Below are positions 54,923-64,000 of a DNA stretch of 64,000 nt, piece by piece. Each line of letters opens with the position of its first letter. Position 1 is the stretch's first letter. Source of the stretch: Laetmonice hystrix (lineage: Eukaryota); assembly GCA_965235115.1 (NCBI GenBank), contig OZ249436.1, positions 14,694,001-14,758,000 of the forward strand, in the 5' to 3' direction. The translations under genes were made by a program, and so were the position numbers. Under the pieces are notes generated by a model. It searched no databases, was not told where the DNA came from, and was given only the letters and a program-made list of their open reading frames with translations.

Positions 54923-55459
54923 TATCACCCGTGGCCAGCCTTGTGCGGTCACTACTACTACGTGACGAGGCAGCAAACGTATCATGTTATTTCTTTCGTG
55001 GCACATTCATCATTACTACTAAGTACGATAAGGGCTTTCAGAAGACGTAAAAATGGTAGAAACACAGAGACAACACCTCACTGGTATACGGAGGCCAGTA
55101 ATTTCACTAATATTTCATACTATTTTGATGCATGTAAAAGCGTTGTGAAAAAGAATTCCAAAATGTAGCCATACTATCGGTCTACAAATTGTACCCCAGT
55201 AAAACTTTTAATCGACGCTCAGTGAATCATCCGACACTTCTGACCCTATATGAACACAAACATGAGCTTTCTCTGGGACCTCTATTACTAGAGGCACCAA
55301 GCTAACGTCCCTTGTCTGACTGAAAACACATGTCATGTCTGGTGAACCAAGTCCTTGAAATTACTGCTGACAGCAATTGATTTGATCTGTGAAATATGCT
55401 ACTGTTACAAACGAGCCCTCCTACCTCCTAACCAGGAGAGGTCAGACTGGGATGTATAA

Positions 55460-55478
55460 TAGCGCCCCCTAGTGGCCA
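55460..55478 (-). promoter_or_regulatory. Near-perfect CTCF consensus site
   Basis: The minus strand reads TGGCCACTAGGGGGCGCTA versus the canonical TGGCCACCAGGGGGCGCTA. It overlaps CCAAT (55476-55480) and lies ~30 bp from GGGGCGG. Confidence 0.65.
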
Positions 55479-57289
55479 ATGAATCAGACAGTGGGGATGC
55501 CGAAGGAGGGGCGGCTCGCACATTACGGTTAATGGTCACTGCTAGGGTCCTGCAGGTACAACTCCCTGGAGGCCCCTTCATCGTGCAGTCGGAAAACGTC
55601 GCCACAACTTCCACCAGACCCCCACACACGGTCTCCAAGGCTCCACACAAGACAATAATCTTGCAATATTAATAGCAACTTCTCTGAAAATCGTTCGCAA
55701 TATCTACTTAATTATTGCTCTACCTTCATGGCTCTTCTTTTTTTTACTACTTTTTATTTTGGGAATGAGGGTTCATCATATTGATGTTCTTCCACCCTCC
55801 CCAACTCTTCAATACAGATTCGTGCTCTTTCCATAAATTCTTTAATAGTCAATAGTTTTCTCCTCAAGAATAGCACAGTCACCGGTGCTCCGTAAAAATC
55901 TTCACCTCAAAACCATAACTATTTCACATAATCCTCTCATTATGCTGCACACTCCGTAAAATGCGTATGTCTGAACTGACAGTTGATCATCTACCTTAGT
56001 ACAAGGCAGAGCTATGAATCCTGAAATACTAGACAGTAAAACCACAACCTAAATCCGAACTGAAACATAAAACCGTATCCAATCTCGACTACCCTCTTAG
56101 GTTGGACCAACCTTTGAACCCCGGGCGTAATTTCCACCATTTGCGGTTCCCAGACAGGGAGCAAGCCAAAGTAATCCATAGATCGGCTCTGCGTTGGTAA
56201 AGGAAACCACTGAAGAGCAAAGCACCCCTCAAAGCCGCCTGACCCAATAGCTTGTCAAAGACTCGGCTGATGTGGCCAGAAAGGGCACCGTTCTGTCAAA
56301 CCAATGTGCGGCCATGTCTTCGGAAACCGCAGTGTCCCTTGGCTTCTTTTAGTCCTGATACGTTGCGACTGCAGCTATTACGGCACGATCAATGACTTTT
56401 CTTTCAAACTGTCAAAAGTTCTCCAGATAGTTTGTACGACAAGACATTCCTTACATCATTTACTACTACATACAGGCCAAGTCCATAATTCTCCAAGCAA
56501 CATGGACAAAATGGCAAGTTTGTTGCCCAAATCAGATCCAAACTAGTTGGTGCAATAATATAATGGGACCTGATTTCATGACTGTGACTGGCTCCAACAA
56601 GAACAGGCACAGCTTTTTATTGAGTCTGAAAAATCTTACACATGATCAGGTTCTGGGACAAATAACCATCTAATCCTGTACAGTAAAATGGAGTTTGGAT
56701 GTCTGTTGTGCTAGCTGTAAGTCTTCTGACATCAACTATATCCACCGCTAGTCTGATTGCGGTTCCTGGAATTTTGCTAACTCACAAATCACACCAGTAA
56801 GAGGACTGTACCCTACTTCCTGCAACTCTACCGTATCTATAAATATTCTAAATAGTCTGGATTTCCATTGCGATCCCTCCTGTACATTAGTTACGTCAGA
56901 CTGAGTTGCTTTATAACTATCGTAGCCTTACTTAGCGAAAGGGAAGAAAGTGTGTATATCGCGGTTTATTGTCGTCTCAATACAAGACTCCAAAGTGTTA
57001 AAAATTGTTATAATATAACAAGTCTAGAATACTCTGAAAGGTACCTCATAGGGTTCGCGCTCAGGTTGCAGCCCATCTTATGACAAATTGGATACTGGAC
57101 AGTATCTGCTATGAGACAGTAGTTCACTTCTCCTTCCTGTCCTATAATGAAGTCGAAATGGAAAATGTGGTCTATTCTTCTTACGTTTACCTACATGTAC
57201 TTCTGTTTGTTACTGTTCACTAAAACGGGAATCAAGTCGTGCCGAGGGACAGTAGGTGCCCCCCGGTCAGATTGAGATGATGATTTTCG

Positions 57290-57600
57290 TATGAAGGTGT
57301 GCTTGAAGGTCTAATACACGTCGGTGATTGCTTCCCGATTGCAGCAGATTGCTCTCTGATGGCCTTCCTCACGAGCCGAGTCGATCGAGCACCGTGTTAT
57401 CAGCACGTACGCTGCTACCTCAGTGTGGCTGACATCGTCACAAGATTGACTTCTATAGGAGCCAGTAGGCATGTTACAACATATCAGATCTTCGCACAAT
57501 ACAACTAGGCTTGCTTTCGCTCTTCCAGTTAATGACTGCCTATACGGGGCATACTGACGAGATAAATCGACGCTTTCTACCCTTGTCAGTCTCCCTGACA
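57290..57600 (+). pseudogene. Possible decayed GPCR TM1-TM3 fragment
   Basis: SLMAFLTSRVDRAPCYQHVRCYLSVADIVTRLTSI resembles ICL1-TM2 (LAVADI). IDAFYPCQSP lies ~45 codons later, in another frame (DRF/DRY-like). Confidence 0.25.
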
Positions 57601-58261
57601 TTTTTACTGGGAAACAAGCCGTCACGAACAGATTAATTTATGCCGATTTACGGTGAATTTCGAAGAGTGCATGATACATTTCTATGGACATATGAACAAA
57701 CTGTTACCAGATCTTACAAACTGTACTTGGTAATAATACTAGCTTCAATCTCAGCTAGCTACAAAAAAAAGCGATTTCTTGCAGTATATTCACACTGCAG
57801 ATAGTCCTTGATTTACAAAGGACAGTTTTCGCTCAGTCAAAACTTTCCTACTTTTATACTGCAGAAAAAAATATACAATACCGCCTCGCCTCGGTCAATC
57901 TTCGAAAGGTTTTGTATCAATTCGTAATAGCGGTACAGTCATTCTGTCATGATATCATTTCTCCACCCAGGGTGTTATTTCTCTCCTTGAAGGACGCAGT
58001 TTTGTAGAGAATTGGTTGGGTACTATAGGAAGAGCCTCACTGTCCAAGCGATGTAGAAGCGACAACCTACCGAGAAGCAGAATGTCAAATATTACCTAGC
58101 CTCAGATCAACTTAGCACAGATAAGAACGTTGGCTCAAATGTATTAAACGGAAAGAGCCACGTCCAAGAGAATCGATCTTGAAGTGGATGCAATATATGG
58201 TCAGTATTTCAATAGTCTAGGATCAAACAGAGGCACGGCCGAGCACATCAGTCCTTGACCT

Positions 58262-58680
58262 GTCACCACTAGGGCCAGCTGGGCCATCATTCACTACACT
58301 TACACCGGGAAGAAGTTCTAAGTCACTACTCCATCTGCACATGGGGTACGGCACTCATGACTGAGAAGCAAATTCTATTTCGGCTTTCCTCAATACTGGC
58401 TGCTGTACCGAAGCAGGGCCCCCTCTTCCAATGATGCTCCAGACCGCTCATTCAATAACCAAGATGTACTTCCACATGAATGCGGGAAGATTGGTATGGA
58501 CACCAACATCGTCCTGGCCCACCATTAAACCGGTCTATAATGAAGGTACCAGGAAATTTGTCTTTTTACACCAAAAGTATCACATCCTTCGGTCGTTGCT
58601 AACTTTTCTTGGGGGTTATACACTGTTAAAGTTACATTCACCAGGTCAACCAGCCTGCCATATCAGACCTGCATCTCTGA
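58262..58680 (+). pseudogene. Decayed BTB-BACK (kelch-like) fragment
   Basis: VTTRASWAIIHYTYTGKK (BTB IIxYxYTGK), then SILAAV..Q..LFQ*CSRPLIQ (LLxAAxxLQ...ACxxFL) and WYGHQH...RSIMKVPGNLSFYTKS (BACK-like), with stops and frameshifts. Confidence 0.4.
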
Positions 58681-61584
58681 ACTGCTTTCAATAAAGGTGT
58701 TATTTATGTATCAATTCCATATACTACTAACATTCTGAGATTGCAAGATTGACAATTTACCCGGGGGATGATGGAGACGCCTGATATAAGATCAATCCTC
58801 TGACCCGCCTACTGATGGTTGTCAATAAAAAGAAAAAGCATTCCTGAGATATTCATAGCGTAGCGTTTTCAATTTCAAGATAAAAAAAAAGCGACGGGGA
58901 AAATACCTGATCCTACTGTCTGACTCATTGAATGTATTCGTACGACGTATTTCTCTGTCCATGTTAAAATCAAGCAACCTCCTGTAGAATAATAACTGTT
59001 ATTAAACTCTCATAAAGTGTCACACATGTCAGTTCAGTATTACGAGGATTTACAATCCAATTTGTACGTTGTACAGCACTGCCTGGATACAAAATGATAA
59101 ATATATTGTACTACTCTTGGCAGACTGTAATCGCGGAATTCATCACATATTGGAAATTGATACTGAACTGGCGATTATTATTGCTGGTCCGGTGATGAGT
59201 ACTCAAACAATCATGGCAATAGGGAGAGCAAGGCAGTCACAGAATGATACAAAAACCAGTGACAACACATGTATTTTACATACCGGTGTATCAGGACGCC
59301 AGGGGTGCTCTGAGAATTCCAAACTTGCAATTCTACTAATAAAGTCTACTCTATTTTACTTGCCCCTTAAACGAGAGATTTAGTAATTTTCTACATTCCT
59401 ATGTACCGCCGGGTTCACTGTTTAGAAAATGAAAAAGAAGGATGGAAAAATAGTAAAGTCGACGTCTCTACCCTCTACATGTTTAAGTGGAGGTGTAGGA
59501 GGGGCAGAGACTTGTCAAGCGACAGAGCTTACTGTTCCTTGCTGTTTGCGGACAGCCACAAAGTCACTTAGTTGGTCTCCCAATGTTGATAGGATCATCT
59601 TGTGAATAAGAAGCACGATCTTTCCCCCAGTGCCAAGAATCATAAATTACATTGCCTATTAGTGGCATTGGTTTTAATTAGCCTCAAGACACTAATCAGC
59701 AGCTTTGCCTCTCGGGCATCCTTGGCTCTGGGTGTGTTTAGCCATCCGCTTATTATTAATTTAACCTCCTCTCAGTTACAGCTGATAATACCTGGCAAGC
59801 AGCACTGACAGTCCACGCACGTCACTGTCTACGTCCTTTCCTTCGTTGCACATATCATAATTAACATCCTTTTTCTAACAACTGATGCCAGATGCACAGC
59901 TGTCATATCTTACATACAAAGTAACAATTAGTGTATCCATCATATCCTAGACAAAATGGGTATTATTATGCAACATACTGCCTGGATAAGGATAAGCACC
60001 TTTTTATGAGTAGGATATGAGGTAACGGTGATATCCTCAATGAACGTGGTTAAAACCATTTCGATCAGATAAAATTTTATCAATCATACTCCTATCTAAC
60101 GGCCCTTTCTTTAAGTGACTACTTCAATACATAAATATCCTGTGATGATGGATACGTTGTATTAAATTGAATTTAATCTCTCAGGTACTCATTAATGAGT
60201 AAGCCTGGCCAGCTGTAATTGTACCCGTTCAGACCTAGTGACAAATACACATATATAAAACGTACCATAACGACCATTTAAACTCTAACATAGCCTACAC
60301 TTCTAGATGCTTAATCAGGCATTTTTAAAATTCTAATTATGCATGTCACTGCATTACATAAAATAACAAAATCTTCAATGACATGACATTTACTCTGTCT
60401 GGGCTACATCCGCTATGCCGACAGAATCGAAAGCACAAAAAGCGAGCCCATCACTTCAAGTTATCCTCCTTATCCCCTCTGATAAATAAATTGTCGTTTT
60501 CAACATCGACCTGTTTTTTCTACGTACATTATTCTGCAGCACCTGTAAATTATCGCATTAAGAAACGCTTTTCTCATTTATCAGTTGCGACGACAGAAAA
60601 CTGAAACAGAAATGATTTCCAAATCCAGAGCACCTACACAGTAAAAAATGTGGAAAATTACGAGTAATGGCATTAAGAACAGGCGCAACTGGCAAGGTTG
60701 TTAAAGACTGCAGTTGCGTTAGATAGCATTGAAGAATAAGATCGTGGAATGCATACATGTTGGTGGACTGAGCCAAATTGGACCCTGCATTTTGAAGTCA
60801 TAGAGAGCTCCTCTGTGAGATAGATACACTAATAAAGTGTTCCTGTAATTATATGGTAATTGCCGAATTATTAGAAATACCATGCATGAAGTGATGATGC
60901 AGTGAAAGAGACAATTCATGCATGTGAAATATCATCTTTAAAGCAAGTGCAGAAATGGAGCTTCAGATATCTTCATGGCCTTGGTTAACAGTTTGGAAAG
61001 TCATTTACGTATTACAAGGTATCACTGTAGACTAACCGTTTCCTAGTGATCCACAAGCACGGCGACTGAAAGAAAAGCTGAATACTAATTTCTACTAGTG
61101 CAAGGTAATCCCTACTAGTACAGCTTGACCTTGGTCACACTAGCAGTCCAAGGATTGCCATTCGCATTTTAAAGGAAAGCGACCACCTGTTCAGTCCTCC
61201 TGAAGGAAGGAGAGCTAAGCTTCAATAAAGATTGCATCATTACAGCCCGACGTCAGCCTGACTTAAGCTGCGTTAATCAAATTCCACAGGGGCCGTCAAG
61301 TAGTTTACAAGTTTTCAGGAGCGAGGTGCCAAGTTGGCCTCAGAAGGCATTTGATTACGGTCCCATCGATGGCTCTGTGACAAAAAGCTCTACGCCGCCT
61401 CTGTGACAAGACCACTGAGAAGGAGTCTTACGAAAACATCATTCCATCCAGAGATACCACTGCAGTCCCAGTTGGCATTCGCTTCTCGATTCATTTGCTG
61501 CTGGCTGATTACTGGTGTATGGCACTGTGAGAATAAGCACGCCATCCGTACACACTGCGCCACCAGTGCCAATCACAACAAACA

Positions 61585-61975
61585 AAGGCCCCAACCGGGC
61601 AGCAGTCAAATCGGCATGTGTCCTCGCTGCCGCTATCTCCCAGAACTTCCCCACTCCCGCCAGCTGAGATTGACCGCCTCACGCTCTATTCTCACAGGTC
61701 CATAGCTCAATTTCCTCCCAAATGTTGGCCTCTAGTCCACCTTACTCCAACGCCCAAGGCCAATCATCAGGTGGTGATTATTGCACACAATTCATTTCAG
61801 AAGCAGAGAACACAGTGACTATTACACAAGTCAGCGACCAAGATATGCTATCTCAACTGTCCACCTTGGTCAGCAAGAGCAATAGATATCACTGTTATCA
61901 GTCATTTCCACTTGGCCAACTCTACCACCGTGTCTGCACTGGTATCGATTCAGAATTTTTTTCTGCATTCGTAAT
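61585..61975 (+). mobile_element. Decayed LINE reverse-transcriptase fragment (CR1/L2-like)
   Basis: KAPTG...NRHV...PELP..AEI..., then QFPPKCWPLVHLTPTPKAN, GDYCTQFIS (NYRPISL-like) and NSTTVSALVSIQNFFL (HSTTSAL..I), in the order of non-LTR RT domains 0-2. Confidence 0.6.
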
Positions 61976-62704
61976 ACTGAATCCGAAAATGCTTCAGCAT
62001 AACCCCCGTTCCACCAATTACCTGCTACTCACAGTACCTTTATCTATTCATCTAATAAATCGATCCATTAAACTAAATGTAGAGGCCTGTCTAATATTGC
62101 AGTACTGTACTACTTAAGTTTTACTTTTGTTAAAAAATGAAGCAATTTCTGAAGCTTCCTGAAGCAACTATGACAATCAGTCCAGTGAGTGTTAAAGATG
62201 GACGCCCGTTCATAAGATGACCTGTTCCCGTCACAATCATTCATTGACTTCTGAATGGGTCTCGCTAAAATAATGTGACGTTTTCTTCATCCCTTTCTTA
62301 GCTTGTTCTTGGGAGAAAAATAACAATCAGAATGTACTTGAATTACATATGGTTTTATGAAGCTGACCATTACTGCAATTCTAGCCTTGCTTCAGCAGAC
62401 ACCTGAGACACTCACTCACTCACTCACTCCTTCATTAGAATATCCAAGAAAAACACCTTTTAAGTAGGAAATTTTTCACTTTCATTGGACTTCATCCATT
62501 AAAAAAAATGTTTGGGTTTACCTACTTAAATGTGATATCTTTTGGATGCAATTCATATATATCTGTTATATTGACTTTACTGCGAGTTTAACCTTCATCG
62601 GGTAAGGTCATTTGATAAGCTAAAAATTCCATATCAATTACCATGACAAAGAGACACTAAACATGCGATACTACATATCGACGGCTGATGTTACACCTGC
62701 ATAC

Positions 62705-63037
62705 GAATAGGTTCAGACCAGAACACAAAAACAAAAATCAACGTGAAACACTGTAGGTTTACAACACACACATGACATTCCTGGTACCAGGTCATCTATT
62801 CGTAGAATAGGTTCAGACCAGGGCCCATGTCGTAAAAACTTAAGATCTTGCTTAAGCTTAACACTTCCGATTGGCTGATCTACTGAGGCCAGCCAATAAG
62901 AAGCGTTAAGCTTAAGTTTAAGCAAGAGCTTAAGTTTTTACGAACTGGGCCCTGAACACAAAAACAAAAATCAACGTGAAACACTGTAGGTTTGCAACAC
63001 ACACATGACATTCCTGGTACCAGGTCATCTATTCGTA
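62705..63037. repeat. 100-bp tandem duplication, second copy interrupted by a MITE
   Basis: 62705-62804 is repeated at 62805-63037 with a 133-nt insertion and one other substitution (tttacaac/tttgcaac). Confidence 0.95.
62822..62951. mobile_element. 130-bp palindromic PIF/Harbinger-like MITE with 3-bp CWG target
   Basis: The left arm ggcccatgtcgtaaaaacttaagatcttgcttaa..gcttaacacttccgattggctg pairs with the right arm (reverse complement ggcccagttcgtaaaaacttaagctcttgcttaa..gcttaacgcttcttattggctg). It is flanked by CAG and CTG, and the empty site gac-CAG-aacac is seen at 62716-62726. Confidence 0.8.
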
Positions 63038-64000
63038 ACCAACTCTTCAAACCAACCAAAACTTCAAGCTCCGTTTACATGAATACAATTGTCATAAGAT
63101 TTATGGCTTAATGCAACACTGGGCCCTCAATGTTAATGGCACCACATTGTCGTTGCAGATTCTATTTTTGGACTGATGTTAAGGCATATTGGACCCAACC
63201 GGCACAAACCATCAAGTAAGAAGCTTGCTTACCGTTGCTGCTTCACTGCCTTCAGTGGTTTTAGTTTTCAAAAACCTGAAAATGGCAAAATTGTGTTACT
63301 TATTAATGCATCACTTCACATGCATGTAAACGCAAAGATAACGCCAACCACATCATTACTAATAAATCTAAACTGTTCCTGAATCATGGCAGGAAAATGT
63401 ATCATTGTATCAATAGTCAGTTGAATTCCTCGGGGGATTAGCATTGAAACACTGAAGCTCAATAACAACCAACGGTTATTGCTAACGTCCGACCGTTCGT
63501 CATATTGTCATGTTTTTAGACTGATGTAACTGTCAGTCGGCCGTCTCGGTTGGGTGGGTCAGTGATGCATTGTCAGGAAGATTCGTACATTTTAAGAGAC
63601 TCTTCAGAAAAAGATACCTAGCTTATTTAGTGACAACCACATCACACCATTGGGCTCTTGAGTGTTGACTAAGATCCTGTTCAAGGTTGTTATATCAATT
63701 CTAACATATTTCACCATCATTTATGCATAGGGCTGGTTCCCTCGGTATATGTGAGACTTATATGTGGGAGGTATATGCGAGTATTCGTACTCTCTGAAGA
63801 ATATGCTACAATAATGATCAGCGAACAATGGGTGGGCAGCTAGACCTGTTCCAACCGGCGGTGGGTGAGATTGAGAGTGGTTCACTAACAGCGTGCACAT
63901 CGATATCAGATGGCACGCCTTTCAATCCAGTCCCAAGTCCAGGCTGGCGGGAGGGAGATGGATACCATCCCAGTATACTGGACACAACGGTCGGCACACA

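Noticed and set aside
60640-60725. TGF-beta-like C-terminus (VVKDCSCVR*)
   Set aside because: The upstream cysteine-knot pattern and spacing are absent, and the motif is too short.
89-63382. The 60-170 aa ORFs of the track as genuine genes
   Set aside because: Most start at near-cognate codons, overlap on both strands and lack recognisable domains. Their lengths are consistent with background.

Overview
Eukaryotic, non-coding-looking genomic DNA from a draft assembly, with a 235-nt N gap at 4486-4720. The moderate GC, frequent poly-G/poly-C tracts, TACCGGTA/TACATGTA words and the repeat types suggest a marine invertebrate deuterostome, probably amphioxus (Branchiostoma); this is inference only. 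I cannot support any intact protein-coding gene, rRNA, tRNA or CRISPR array. The ORF track is essentially short background ORFs. Well supported from the sequence: (i) four minisatellites, with units of ~62-69 bp x4, 56 bp x20, 38 bp x~18 and 115/116 bp x7, the last with a 231-bp higher-order unit; (ii) several MITE-like inverted-repeat elements, including a TTAA-flanked Kolobok-like element and a palindromic Harbinger-like MITE lying next to its own empty site; (iii) decayed LINE (CR1/L2-like) and DIRS/Ngaro-like retroelement fragments; (iv) strong CTCF-consensus motifs. More tentatively, by-eye translation shows many stop- and frameshift-riddled fragments resembling TIR, BTB-BACK, USP, rhodopsin-GPCR and WD40 domains, so the window may be a 'graveyard' of dead paralogues. 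Those calls are eyeballed motif matches and need HMM confirmation. I found no convincing novel biological system.
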